Shown here piece by piece: positions 43,325 through 53,167 of a DNA stretch of 64,000 nt. The notes under the pieces are model-generated. The model was not told where the DNA came from. It did no database searches and was given only the letters and a program-made list of their open reading frames with translations. The position numbers were made by a program, and so were the translations under genes. Source of the stretch: Rhodoferax sp. (GTDB taxonomy: Bacteria; Pseudomonadota; Gammaproteobacteria; Burkholderiales; Burkholderiaceae_C); the NCBI GenBank assembly GCA_016790475.1, contig JAEUOX010000172.1, forward strand, positions 30,557 through 94,556. Reading direction: 5' to 3'. How positions within the stretch are numbered: the first letter of the stretch is position 1; the number at the start of each line of letters is the position of its first letter.

Positions 43325-43879
43325 CTACCCTGACGACTTGTCCCGCGGCAGCTTCAGGCTGGCCAGGGCCGCAAAGGGATGGGGTTTCGGCGCGGGACGG
43401 TCGAAATCCTCGTCCGTCGCCGACAGGGTGGGCTGTTCCGGGCAGTCGGCATGCCGGGGGATATAGGGCAGAGACAGCAGGACCTCGTCCTCGATCAGCG
43501 ACTGCAGGTCCAGATCCGCCGTCAGCACCAGCACATCCTCCTCGCTGGTCTCGTCCTGCTCCTCCGCGGTGGCTTCATCGGCGACAAACCGGAAGGCCCG
43601 CTCCACGTCCACCGGCCACAACAGGCGGCCGAGGCAGCGCTGGCAGGTCAGCGCGAGCCGGGTCTGCACCTTCAGGTGCAGCCAGCACTGCGTCCCACCC
43701 AGGGCGTCGCGGGTCGATGCCCCCCGCGCATCCCAGGTCACCAGGCCATCGACCGCGTGGTCGGCCGCAGCATCAACGAGTCGCTCGTAGCGTTCCAGCG
43801 GATCGTCGCCTTCCAGGTGCCCCTGCGCCAGCGCGAAGGCCTGTACATCGAGACGCCGGGGCGCGGGGCGGGTGGTCAT
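43325..43879 (-). CDS. yceD: YceD/DUF177 protein (large ribosomal subunit accumulation)
   Basis: LTCQRCL and LIEDEVLLSLPYIPRH...PFAALASLK; upstream of rpmF. Confidence 0.93.
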   Translation of the reverse strand: MTTRPAPRRLDVQAFALAQGHLEGDDPLERYERLVDAAADHAVDGLVTWDARGASTRDALGGTQCWLHLKVQTRLALTCQRCLGRLLWPVDVERAFRFVADEATAEEQDETSEEDVLVLTADLDLQSLIEDEVLLSLPYIPRHADCPEQPTLSATDEDFDRPAPKPHPFAALASLKLPRDKSSG

Positions 43880-43904
43880 GGACCGAGTGTAAGAGAATGC
43901 CGCT

Positions 43905-44498
43905 ATGCCCCCTTCCCCCCGCCGCCCCCTGATCCTGGGGTCCACGTCCCCCTACCGCCGCGCGCTGCTGGAGCGCCTGCGCATCGCGTTCCAGGTTGTG
44001 GCCCCGGAGGTTGACGAGACGCCGATCGACGGCGAATCTCCCCGGGACCTGGCCTGCCGCCTGGCACTGGCCAAGGCCCGGGCGGTCGCCCGGCTGTACC
44101 CGCAGGCCGTCGTGATCGGATCCGACCAGGTGGCCGATCTGGACGGCGAACCGCTCGGCAAACCCCTCACCCACGCCCGGGCCGTCGCGCAACTGCAGGC
44201 CATGCGGGGACGCAAGGTGGTGTTCCAGACGGCGGTGGCCGTGGTCTGCGCCGAGGCCGGGTTCTGTGAGCAGGACCTCGCCCCGGTGGAGGTGCAGTTC
44301 CGCATGCTGACGGATGCCGAGATCGAGGCCTACCTGCAGGCCGAGAAACCCTATGACTGTGCCGGCAGCGCGCGCAGCGAGGGGCTGGGCATCGTGCTGC
44401 TGGACGCCATCGTCAATGATGACCCGACCGCACTGGTCGGCCTGCCGCTGATCCGTACCAGCCGGATGCTGCGTACGGCCGGCGTGGACCTGTGGTGA
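43905..44498 (+). CDS. maf: Maf-family nucleotide pyrophosphatase (YceF-type)
   Basis: LILGSTSPYRRALL, KARAV, IGSDQV, PYDCAGS, LVGLPL. Confidence 0.95.
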   Translation: MPPSPRRPLILGSTSPYRRALLERLRIAFQVVAPEVDETPIDGESPRDLACRLALAKARAVARLYPQAVVIGSDQVADLDGEPLGKPLTHARAVAQLQAMRGRKVVFQTAVAVVCAEAGFCEQDLAPVEVQFRMLTDAEIEAYLQAEKPYDCAGSARSEGLGIVLLDAIVNDDPTALVGLPLIRTSRMLRTAGVDLW

Positions 44499-45274
44499 AC
44501 GCGGCGCCGCCGGGCGCGCCCGGGCGGCTTTATCTGGTTCCGGCGCCCCTGGACTTCGGCGCTGCGGTGCTTGCGCCGCTGCAGGATCAGCTGCCCGACG
44601 GCACGCTGCAAGTGGCTGCACGGCTCCGGCACTGGATCTGTGAAAACGCCAAGTCGCTGCGGCACTATCTGGGGCGGGTCGATGCGGTGCATCCTCTGGC
44701 AGTGCCGCTGCAGACCCTGCACATCCAGGAACTGCCGCGCAACGTGCACAAGAAGGGCGACCACCAGGGGGGCGTGGATGCCACGCCCTGGCTGGCCGCC
44801 GCCCGCCAGGGCCAGGACATCGGGCTGGTCAGCGAGGCCGGCATGCCGGCGATCGCCGATCCGGGCGCCTCGGTAGTCCGCGCAGCCCACACACTCGGGT
44901 TGGAGGTGGTGGCCCTGTCCGGGCCGGTGTCCCTGATGCTGGCACTGGCCTCCAGCGGGCTCAATGGCCAGAACTTCGCCTTTGTGGGCTATCTGCCGAC
45001 CGACCCGGCCGCCCGCGCACGGCGGCTGCGCGAGCTCGAAGGCCTGGTGCAGCGCACCGGCCAGACCCAGCTGTTCATCGAGACACCCTACCGGAACGCC
45101 GCGCTGCTGCAAGCCTTGCTCGCCATGCTGGCGCCATCCACGCGCCTGGCGGTCAGCAGCGGGTTGCTTACGCCGTCAGCCCGCACCACCAGTGCCACGA
45201 TTGCGCAATGGCGCAGCCGCGCACCTGCCGGGCCGGACAACGCCACGCCCGCCGTGTACGCCATCGGCAGCTGA
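44495..45274 (+). CDS. SAM-dependent methyltransferase, tetrapyrrole-methylase/RsmI-like family
   Basis: LYLVPAPL, ICENAK, LVSEAGMPAIADPG, SGLNGQNFAFVGYLP, FIETPYRN; GTGA overlap with maf. Confidence 0.88.
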   Translation: MNAAPPGAPGRLYLVPAPLDFGAAVLAPLQDQLPDGTLQVAARLRHWICENAKSLRHYLGRVDAVHPLAVPLQTLHIQELPRNVHKKGDHQGGVDATPWLAAARQGQDIGLVSEAGMPAIADPGASVVRAAHTLGLEVVALSGPVSLMLALASSGLNGQNFAFVGYLPTDPAARARRLRELEGLVQRTGQTQLFIETPYRNAALLQALLAMLAPSTRLAVSSGLLTPSARTTSATIAQWRSRAPAGPDNATPAVYAIGS

Positions 45275-45282
45275 AGTCGCGC

Positions 45283-46278
45283 TCAGCGGATCACCGAGGA
45301 TGCGCGCAGCGCCTTGATGGCGCCGTCTCCGACGGCCGCGCCGAAGCGCTTGACCAGCCGCTCGGCCACGTTCTCCCGACGGGTGTAGTCCACGATGTCC
45401 TCGGCCTTGACGACCTCGCGCGCAACAAAGTCCAGATTGCCAAGCTGATCGGCCAGCCCGAGCTCGATCGCCTGCTGGCCGGTCCAGAACAGCCCGCTGA
45501 AGGTGTCGGCATCCTCCTTCAGCCGCTTGCCGCGCCCGGCCTTCACGGCATCGATGAACTGGCGGTGGATCTGGTCCAGCATGGCCTGCGCGAAGGTGCG
45601 CTGGCGCTCGGTCTGCGGGCTGAACGGATCCAGGAAGCCCTTGTTCTCGCCGGCCGTCATCAGCCGGCGCTCGACGCCGAGCTTCTCCATCAGCCCGGTG
45701 AAGCCGAATCCGTCCATCAGCACGCCGATGCTTCCGACCACGCTGGCCTTGTCGACGAAGATCCGGTCAGCCGACACCGCGATGTAATAGGCCGCCGAGG
45801 CGCAGGTTTCCTCGACCACGGCGTACACCGGCTTCTTGTGCTGGGCCTTCAGCCGCCGCAACTCGTCGTTGATGATGCCGGCCTGCACCGGGCTGCCGCC
45901 CGGCGAATTGATCAGCAGGACCACCGCCTGCGCCCCTTCGTCCTCGAACGCGGCACGCACCGCCCCAAGCACCACCTCCGCGCTCGCCTCACCGCCGGCC
46001 GCGATCTCGCCGCGGATCTCCACCAGCGCAGTGTGGGGGGTGGAAACGTCCGAAGACGCGGTACCCCGGTGCAATGCGATCCAGGCGATGGCGACGAAAA
46101 AGGCCAGCCAGGCCAGCCGGACGAACGTGCGCCAGCGGCGCGCCGTACGCTGCTCTTCCAGCGCTGCAAAGGCCAGCTTCTCCAGCGCGGCACGCTCCCA
46201 TCCGGGCGGCTCGGCGCCACGGGGCGTGGAGGGCACCGACGGCGGAGACGCCTGGTCGGGGGGAAGCGGGTCGGTCAT
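45283..46278 (-). CDS. S49-family peptidase (SppA/SohB-like)
   Basis: INSPGGSPV, CASAAYYIA, VGSIGV, AGENKG, FSGLFWTG..A..LGLAD. Confidence 0.93.
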   Translation of the reverse strand: MTDPLPPDQASPPSVPSTPRGAEPPGWERAALEKLAFAALEEQRTARRWRTFVRLAWLAFFVAIAWIALHRGTASSDVSTPHTALVEIRGEIAAGGEASAEVVLGAVRAAFEDEGAQAVVLLINSPGGSPVQAGIINDELRRLKAQHKKPVYAVVEETCASAAYYIAVSADRIFVDKASVVGSIGVLMDGFGFTGLMEKLGVERRLMTAGENKGFLDPFSPQTERQRTFAQAMLDQIHRQFIDAVKAGRGKRLKEDADTFSGLFWTGQQAIELGLADQLGNLDFVAREVVKAEDIVDYTRRENVAERLVKRFGAAVGDGAIKALRASSVIR

Positions 46279-46279
46279 G

Positions 46280-46645
46280 TCAGAACTCGATCGGTTGCAG
46301 GTGGGGGGCAGTATGCCAGTGCACGACGCCGTCGCGTTCTTCCACAGCGATTTTCACCAGCCCGCCCCGGCAGGGGCCTCCGCTGCACTGGCCACTGTCG
46401 GGCCGGTAGGTCGCGCCATGCGTGGCGCAGATCAGCCAGTGGCCGGTGGAGTCGAAGAAACGCTCCGGCTGGTAGTCCATCTCCATCGCGACATGGGTGC
46501 AGCGGTTCAGGTAGGCATGCACCTGCCCACGGTAGCGGATCGCGAAAGCGCGGCAGGTCTGCCCCTGGTACCGGACGTCGAAGCCGACGGCCCGCCCGCT
46601 GTCCAGCAGTTCCTGCGACATGCACAGGGCGATCGGTGGGGACAT
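46280..46645 (-). CDS. Rieske [2Fe-2S] ferredoxin-like protein
   Basis: CTH...CATH Rieske ligands, GGPC. Confidence 0.9.
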   Translation of the reverse strand: MSPPIALCMSQELLDSGRAVGFDVRYQGQTCRAFAIRYRGQVHAYLNRCTHVAMEMDYQPERFFDSTGHWLICATHGATYRPDSGQCSGGPCRGGLVKIAVEERDGVVHWHTAPHLQPIEF

Positions 46646-46651
46646 GGTACC

Positions 46652-47359
46652 TCAGCCGTTGTCACGCAGCCAGGCATGCAACTCGGCCACGGAGTGCGCC
46701 ACATGGTGCGGGCGCAGCGCGCCGAACGCGTCCGGCGCATGGGCGCCATAACTGACCGCCACACTGGCGCAGCCGGCATTGAGCGCCATCTGGAGGTCAT
46801 GGGTGGTGTCGCCGATCATCAGAACCCGTGCCGGCTCCACGCCGAATTCGGCCATCAGTTCCTGCAGCATGCGGGGATGCGGCTTGCCGGCGGTCTCATC
46901 CGCCGTCCGGGAGGCGTCGAACAGGTCCCGCAGTTCCACCGCCTGCAGACAGGCGTCCAGTCCGCGGCGGCTCTTGCCGGTCGCCACGGCCAGCCAGTGC
47001 TGGCGCTGCTTGAGTTCGGCCAGCATCGGCAGCACACCGTCGAACAGGCTGATGCTGTCCTGCTGCGCCAGATAGTGGTGTCGGTAGCGCGCCCCCAGTT
47101 CCGGGTAGCGATCGACCGGCACGTCCGGCGCGGCATGGGCCAGCGCCTCCATCAGGCCCAGCCCGATCACATGGGATGCCCGCTCGTCGCTCGGAACCGT
47201 TCCCCCGACATCCCGCACCGCCGCCTGGATGCAGCGCGTGATGATGGCCGTGGAGTCGAACAGCGTCCCGTCCCAGTCGAAGGCGATCAGATCGAAGGCT
47301 CGTCGACGGCCAGCGGCGCGCGGCGCAGCCGCTGGATCAGGAGGCGGGCGGGTGGACAT
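46652..47359 (-). CDS. HAD-IA family hydrolase (phosphoglycolate phosphatase-like)
   Basis: FDWDGTLFDS, ATGK, KPHP, MIGDTTHD. Confidence 0.92.
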   Translation of the reverse strand: MSTRPPPDPAAAPRAAGRRRAFDLIAFDWDGTLFDSTAIITRCIQAAVRDVGGTVPSDERASHVIGLGLMEALAHAAPDVPVDRYPELGARYRHHYLAQQDSISLFDGVLPMLAELKQRQHWLAVATGKSRRGLDACLQAVELRDLFDASRTADETAGKPHPRMLQELMAEFGVEPARVLMIGDTTHDLQMALNAGCASVAVSYGAHAPDAFGALRPHHVAHSVAELHAWLRDNG

Positions 47360-48356
47360 GGTCGAGAAACTGTTGCAGTTCGTCTGGCAGTGGGGCGGTC
47401 AGCTCCAGGCGCTCACCGCTGTGGGGATGGTCGAACTGTAACCGCCAGGCATGCAGGAACATCCGCCGCAGGGGTACCGGGTTCGCCGCCTGCAGCGACT
47501 TGTTCAGCTCGAAGTTGCCGTACTTGTCGTCACCGACGATCGGCTGGCCCTCGGACGCCAGATGCACCCGGATCTGGTGCGTGCGCCCGGTGCGCAATCC
47601 GACCTCCAGCAGGCTGAAGCCGTTGTCCCGGCGCGCCACGCGGACCAGCGTCAGGCTCGGCATCGCATCCGGGTGGTCCGCGGGGACCACCTGCACCCGC
47701 CGCTCACCATCCGGCAGCAGGAACTTGCGCAGCGACTTGTCCAGCACCTTGCGCCGGGCCGGCCAGTCGCCGGCCACCAGGGCCAGATAGGTCTTCGCGG
47801 TTTCCCGCGCGCGGAACTGGTCCTGCAGCGCGGTCAGCGCGCTGCGCTTCTTGGCAAGCAGCAGAATGCCGCTGGTCTCCCGGTCCAGGCGGTGCACCAG
47901 TTCCAGGAAGCGCGCCGTCGGGCGCGCCCGGCGCAGCTGCTCAATCACGCCAGAGCTGACGCCGGAGCCGCCATGCACCGCCACCCCGGCCGGCTTGTCG
48001 ATGGCCAGCAGCCAGTCGTCTTCAAACAGCACCGGAAACTCCCGGGCCGGCGCCGCCCGCTCGGACGACGCCGCACCGGCCTCGTCCGCGGCTCGGGACG
48101 CCGCGCGCTGGGAGGTACGGACCGGCGGCAGCCGAACCAGGTCGCCGGCCACGATCCGGCGATCCGCGGCCGCCCGGCCCTTGTTGATGCGCACCTCGCC
48201 GCTGCGGATGATCCGGTACACATGCGTCTTGGGCACCCCCTTGAGGTGGCGCATCAGGAAGTTGTCCAGACGCTGGCCCGCGTCGTCGTCCTCGACCCGA
48301 AGTGTTTTGGGCCCGCCGAGCGCATCCGGCGGATTGGCCCCTATAATGGGTTTCAC
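47337..48356 (-). CDS. rluC: 23S rRNA pseudouridine synthase RluC
   Basis: S4 domain GQRLDNFL...IIRSGEVRIN, HRLDRETSG, TGRTHQIRVH; divergent from rne. Confidence 0.95.
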   Translation of the reverse strand: MKPIIGANPPDALGGPKTLRVEDDDAGQRLDNFLMRHLKGVPKTHVYRIIRSGEVRINKGRAAADRRIVAGDLVRLPPVRTSQRAASRAADEAGAASSERAAPAREFPVLFEDDWLLAIDKPAGVAVHGGSGVSSGVIEQLRRARPTARFLELVHRLDRETSGILLLAKKRSALTALQDQFRARETAKTYLALVAGDWPARRKVLDKSLRKFLLPDGERRVQVVPADHPDAMPSLTLVRVARRDNGFSLLEVGLRTGRTHQIRVHLASEGQPIVGDDKYGNFELNKSLQAANPVPLRRMFLHAWRLQFDHPHSGERLELTAPLPDELQQFLDHVHPPAS

Positions 48357-48907
48357 TAGCGACGTGCTGCAAGTGGTTGATTTGTCTGGAGTTTAGTCCA
48401 CACGCCACCCACAGTGTCGCTGGCAGGTCGATGCCTCCGGTCAACCAAAATGCCAACCACTGGCCCGCGCTGGTGGTGGTGGTCGGGTCGAACGGATTCG
48501 CCGGCGAATTGAATCATCGATATGGAATACCCAGTCCGCGAGTCAACAGCTCGCGGGCGGATTTGAGCGACATGTTTGTGTTGACCAGTCTCCTGCTGAT
48601 CCAGCTGCCACGCCTTTACGCGTGGCTTGCCGGGCTCCGGATGACTGCGGCGCCTCTGCGACGGGCTGTCCCGGCCCCCGCACACACCCGGCTGACACAA
48701 CCCCACCCCCTCGCCCCTGTCCACGCGCCACCGCCCAGGCTCACCATTTGAGCATCGGGCCATCGGCAATTCCCATCGGTTCAAGACGTCCGCCACGGCA
48801 TCGTTTGCTCGTCATGAGCATGTAAGTGGTCGAAAGACCGGAGGAATCCGCCGCGCCGGCCCCAGCGCCACCGGAGGAATCCTCGCCGAGGAAGAGGAAC
48901 GCGATCC
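48342..48907 (+). promoter_or_regulatory. Putative rne promoter (TATAAT at 48342-48347) and long structured 5' leader
   Basis: About 550 bp without a credible CDS; several stems, e.g. palindrome ATTCGCCGGCGAAT (48496-48509) and GTCAACA/TGTTGAC (48542-48585). Confidence 0.55.
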
Positions 48908-51868
48908 ATGAAGCGGATGCTGATCAACGCCACGCAGGCAGAAGAACGCCGGCTGGCGATTGTCGACGGGCAGAAACTGCTCGACTACGAAATCGAGATC
49001 GAAGGGCGCGAGCAGCGCAAGGGCAACATCTACAAGGCCGTCGTGACGCGCGTCGAGCCGTCGCTGGAGGCCTGCTTCGTCGACTACGGCGAAGACCGCC
49101 ACGGCTTCCTGCCGTTCAAGGAAATCTCCCGCAGCTACTTCCAGCCCGGTGTGCAGGCCAGCCAGGCCCGCATCCAGGACGCGATCCGCGAAGGCCAGGA
49201 ACTGCTGGTGCAGGTTGAAAAGGAAGAGCGCGGCAACAAGGGCGCCGCACTGACGACCTTCGTGTCGCTGGCCGGCCGCTATGTGGTGCTGATGCCCAAC
49301 AACCCGCGCGGCGGCGGCGTATCCCGCCGCATCGAGGGCGACGACCGGGCTGAGCTCAAGGAAGCGCTGGACCAGCTCGAATACCCCAACGGCATGAGCA
49401 TCATCGCCCGCACCGCCGGCATCGGGCGCTCGGCGCCCGAACTGCAGTGGGACCTGAACTACCTGCTGAAGCTGTGGAACGCCATCGACGGCGCCTCCAA
49501 GGGCAAGGGCGCCTTCCTGATCTACCAGGAGTCCTCGCTGGTGATCCGCGCGATCCGCGACTACTTCAACCATGACATCGGCGACATCCTGATCGACACC
49601 GACGACGTGTATGACCAGGCGCAGCAGTTCATGGCCCACGTGATGCCGGAGCACGCGGCGCGCGTCAAGCGCTACCGCGACGACGCCCCGCTGTTCTCGC
49701 GCTTCCAGATCGAGCACCAGATCGAATCCGCCTACGCCCGTACGGTGCAACTGCCGAGCGGTGGCGCGATCGTGATCGACCACACCGAGGCCCTGGTGTC
49801 GGTGGACGTGAACTCCGCCCGCGCGATCCGCGGCGGCGACATCGAGGAAACCGCGACCCGCACCAACCTGGAGGCGGCCGATGAAGTCGCCCGCCAGATG
49901 CGCCTGCGCGACCTCGGCGGCCTGATCGTCATCGACTTCATCGACATGGAGGAAAGCCGCAACCGCCGCGAAGTCGAGAACCGGCTGCGCGACGCGCTGC
50001 GCCAGGACCGCGCCCGGGTGCAGTTCGGCTCCATCAGCAAGTTTGGCCTGATGGAGATGAGCCGCCAGCGCCTGCGCCCGGCACTCAGCGAGGGCGCCTC
50101 GATCCCCTGCCCGCGTTGCGGCGGCTCCGGCCACATCCGCGACACCGAAAGCTCCGCGCTGCAGATCCTGCGCGTGATCCAGGAGGAGTCGCTGAAGGAC
50201 AACACCGCTTCGGTGCTGTGCCAGGTGCCGGTGGAGGTCGCCTCGTTCCTGCTCAACGAAAAGCGTACCGAGATCGCCAAGATCGAACTCAAGCAGCGCA
50301 TCAACGTGCTGATGGTGCCGAACAAGACGCTGGAGACACCGAACTACAAGCTCGAGCGCCTCAAGCACGACGATCCGCGGCTGGACAACATCCAGGCCAG
50401 CTACAAGATGGCCGAGGAGATGGAAGACGCCACCTCCGTCACCCGCCGCTCGCAGGAGCCGACCAACCGCCAGGTGCCGGTGATCAAGGGCGTGCTGCCC
50501 GACGCCCCGGCACCCGTAGCGCCGCCGCGGCCGGAACCGGAGGCCGCCCCGGTTGCGCCACCGCCGCCGGTGGCCGTGCAGCCAGCCGCCGCACCGGTCG
50601 CCCCGCCTGCCGCACCGCCGGCAGAAAAGGGCTTCTTCGGCTGGATCCGCAACCTGTTCGGCGCGCCTGCGCCGACGCCCAGCGCCACGCCGGCGCCGGC
50701 CCCGGTGGCGACACCGGCACCGGCCGCTCCGGTCGATGCCGCCAAGAAGACCGAGGCCCGCGCACCGCGGGACGGCCGCCGGCCGGAAGGCCGCAACGGG
50801 GACGGTCCCCGCGGGGACGGGTCGCGCGGTGAGGGTCGGGGGGAAGGTCGCGGTGGCCGCGGCGGTCGCGGTGGCCGCGGTGGCCGGGGCGAGCGCGGTG
50901 ACCGCGCAGGCCAGGGCGCGCGCGAGCGTGCCGACACAGCCGCACTGCCGCTCGACGCGGAAGCGGTGAACCTCGATCCCGCATCTGCGCCGTCGGCCGA
51001 CGCCGCTCCGCGCACTGAGCGCCCGCCGCGCAACGGCGAGCGGGGGGAGCGTGGCGAACGCGGTGAACGCGGCGGCCGCGGCCGGGGCGGTGCCGACCGC
51101 GGCGAACGCACCGACGGCAGCGAGCGCGCACCCCGCGGTGAGCAGCCCGGCGAGGCGCGTGCCGATGCGCCGGCCGAAGGCCGTGCCGACCGTCAGGGCG
51201 AAGGCCGCGAGCCCCGCGAGCCCCGCGAAGGCCGCGAAGGCCGCGAACCGCGCGAGGGCCGCGAGCCCCGCGAAGGACGCGGCGAACGCCGACCAGACCG
51301 CCGCCCGCGCGCGGAGCCGGTCGATGCGCAGCCGATGCCGCTGGCACACGGTGCGCTCGCCGAAGTCCCGACAGCGCCGTCCCAGGATGGGGAGTCGGCC
51401 GCACCGGCTTCCGCAGAGGCTGGCGAGGTTCGCGAGGGGCGCCCCCCGCGCGAGCGTCGCGAGCGCCGTCCCCGTGGCGAACGCGGCCCGCGCATGCAGG
51501 ATGGCGAGCCGCGCAACGACGGCCCCGTGGCAGTGGGCGCGATGCCGGAAGCACAGCCGGAGGTGGCCCGCCCGGCCGCTTCCACGGCTGCAGCCCCGCG
51601 TCCGGCCGGCCTGCCCAAGGTGCAAGCCTACGACCTGCCCATGCAGGACCTGATCCAGCTCGCCCAAAGCAGCGGGCTGGAGTGGGTCAACTCCGACGCC
51701 GAGAAGATCCGTGTGGCCCAGGAGGCCATCGCCGCGCAACCCAAGCCGGTGCACGTGCCGCGCGAGCGCCCTGCCCCGGTGGTGCTGGATGAAGGCCCGC
51801 TGGTGCTGGTGGAAACCCGCCGCGACCTGCGGACCATGACCCTGCCGTTCGAGCAGGCGGCGTCGTAA
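48908..51868 (+). CDS. rne: Ribonuclease E
   Basis: [14 protein letters not shown]1 domain, VDVNSAR, DFIDM, Zn-link CPRC; membrane-targeting helix [12 protein letters not shown]; Arg/Glu/Gly-rich scaffold. Confidence 0.98.
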   Translation: MKRMLINATQAEERRLAIVDGQKLLDYEIEIEGREQRKGNIYKAVVTRVEPSLEACFVDYGEDRHGFLPFKEISRSYFQPGVQASQARIQDAIREGQELLVQVEKEERGNKGAALTTFVSLAGRYVVLMPNNPRGGGVSRRIEGDDRAELKEALDQLEYPNGMSIIARTAGIGRSAPELQWDLNYLLKLWNAIDGASKGKGAFLIYQESSLVIRAIRDYFNHDIGDILIDTDDVYDQAQQFMAHVMPEHAARVKRYRDDAPLFSRFQIEHQIESAYARTVQLPSGGAIVIDHTEALVSVDVNSARAIRGGDIEETATRTNLEAADEVARQMRLRDLGGLIVIDFIDMEESRNRREVENRLRDALRQDRARVQFGSISKFGLMEMSRQRLRPALSEGASIPCPRCGGSGHIRDTESSALQILRVIQEESLKDNTASVLCQVPVEVASFLLNEKRTEIAKIELKQRINVLMVPNKTLETPNYKLERLKHDDPRLDNIQASYKMAEEMEDATSVTRRSQEPTNRQVPVIKGVLPDAPAPVAPPRPEPEAAPVAPPPPVAVQPAAAPVAPPAAPPAEKGFFGWIRNLFGAPAPTPSATPAPAPVATPAPAAPVDAAKKTEARAPRDGRRPEGRNGDGPRGDGSRGEGRGEGRGGRGGRGGRGGRGERGDRAGQGARERADTAALPLDAEAVNLDPASAPSADAAPRTERPPRNGERGERGERGERGGRGRGGADRGERTDGSERAPRGEQPGEARADAPAEGRADRQGEGREPREPREGREGREPREGREPREGRGERRPDRRPRAEPVDAQPMPLAHGALAEVPTAPSQDGESAAPASAEAGEVREGRPPRERRERRPRGERGPRMQDGEPRNDGPVAVGAMPEAQPEVARPAASTAAAPRPAGLPKVQAYDLPMQDLIQLAQSSGLEWVNSDAEKIRVAQEAIAAQPKPVHVPRERPAPVVLDEGPLVLVETRRDLRTMTLPFEQAAS
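51199..51280 (+). repeat. In-frame 9-bp tandem repeat encoding (RE[P/G])n in the RNase E scaffold
   Basis: CGCGAGCCC/CGCGAAGGC units giving [24 protein letters not shown]. Confidence 0.8.
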
Positions 51869-51888
51869 GTAGCCGACGGCCCGGCGTC

Positions 51889-53166
51889 TCAGCGCTGGGC
51901 CGCGTTGCGCCAGGCCTGCGTGGCGGCGGCCTGGTCGCCATTGCGGTCTGCCAGCTCGGCCAGCTGGCGCCAGGCATCGCGTCGCAGACCGTCATCCTGA
52001 AGGCGTGCCAAAGACTGCGTCAGAAGCTGGCTCGCCTTGCCCCACAGCTGCAGCCGCATGCAGGTGACGCCGGCCAGGTACTGCAGCACCGGGTCCCCCG
52101 GGTTGTGCATCTGGGCGGTCTCGATGCGCGCCAGCCAGGCACTGTCCGGTGCACCGGCTGCGCCGGCGAACCCACGCTCCAGCACCCGCACCAGCTGAAC
52201 CGCCCGCGGAGCATCCAGCCCCGAGGGCTGGGCCACCAGACGCTCCCACACTGGCAGCAGCCACTGCCGCGCAAGTTGTGCATCGCCGCCGAGATCATGC
52301 AGGCGCTCGGCCGCCTGGATGGCGACATCCGGCATCGCCCGTTCCGCCGGGTCGAGTTCGCCCCAGGCCTTCTGGAGCTGGGCCGGGTCATGCGCCCCCA
52401 GCAGACGTTCGATCGCCAAGCCGCGCAGCACGCCCTCGGCCGCCACCGGCGACAGCGCCCGGTGCTTGGCCAGCAGACGTGCGGTCTCCAGCGCCACCGC
52501 CGTGCGCTGCGCCATCCGCGCGGCCTTCAGCCGCATGCGCAAGGCCAGCGTCCGCCGGGCCGCCCCCTGGCCGAGGCCATCGAGCACCTGCAGCGTGGTG
52601 GCCGCATCGCGATCGTCCAGCGCCCAGCGCGCCGCGCGCAGTTGCACGCCTTCCCGGGTCTCCGGCGCGGCACCGGCACCGGCCTGCTCCAGGGCAGCTT
52701 GCCGGTGCGTCTCGCGGGCCTTGTGGTCCTGCAAGGCATGGGCCGCCTCGGCCGCCAGCAGGTGCGAAACCGCCTGCAGGTGCCCCGCATAACCAAGATG
52801 ATCCCCGTGGGCCTCGATCGCCCGCACCTGCACCAGCACCGACTCCGCGGCCTTGCGGGCGCGCACGAAGCGCCCCGCCACCAGGTTGGACAGGGCGTCG
52901 AGCAGCGCCTGTTGCATGTTGCGCTCCCGCTGGCGCAGGCGCCACTGCCGGGCCTCCCGGGGGATCGCGAACAGCGCCGCCAGGGCGCGCCAGGCCAGGT
53001 GCAGCGTCAGGAACGCGCCCAGCAGCAGCACCAGCACCAGGTTCAGCGAGAGGTCCACCCGGTAGGGCGGCCAGAACACCGTGATCGAGCCCGGGTTGTT
53101 GCCGGCGAACAGCGCGGCGGCCACCGCCACCGCGAACAGGCCGAGCAGCCACAGTGCCAGACGCAT
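51889..53166 (-). CDS. hemY: HemY-family (HemY_N/TPR) membrane protein
   Basis: N-terminal TMs, NPGSITVFWPPYRVDLSLN, C-terminal LWGKA; hemCDXY synteny. Confidence 0.9.
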   Translation of the reverse strand: MRLALWLLGLFAVAVAAALFAGNNPGSITVFWPPYRVDLSLNLVLVLLLGAFLTLHLAWRALAALFAIPREARQWRLRQRERNMQQALLDALSNLVAGRFVRARKAAESVLVQVRAIEAHGDHLGYAGHLQAVSHLLAAEAAHALQDHKARETHRQAALEQAGAGAAPETREGVQLRAARWALDDRDAATTLQVLDGLGQGAARRTLALRMRLKAARMAQRTAVALETARLLAKHRALSPVAAEGVLRGLAIERLLGAHDPAQLQKAWGELDPAERAMPDVAIQAAERLHDLGGDAQLARQWLLPVWERLVAQPSGLDAPRAVQLVRVLERGFAGAAGAPDSAWLARIETAQMHNPGDPVLQYLAGVTCMRLQLWGKASQLLTQSLARLQDDGLRRDAWRQLAELADRNGDQAAATQAWRNAAQR

Positions 53167-53167
53167 G

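Noticed and set aside
48356-48825. Several 60-146 aa ORFs between rluC and rne
   Set aside because: Mutually overlapping and featureless; better explained as the rne 5' leader.
51199-51280. Tandem repeats as a possible CRISPR array or phase-variation tract
   Set aside because: 9-bp in-frame coding repeats with no spacers and no cas genes; unit changes keep the reading frame.
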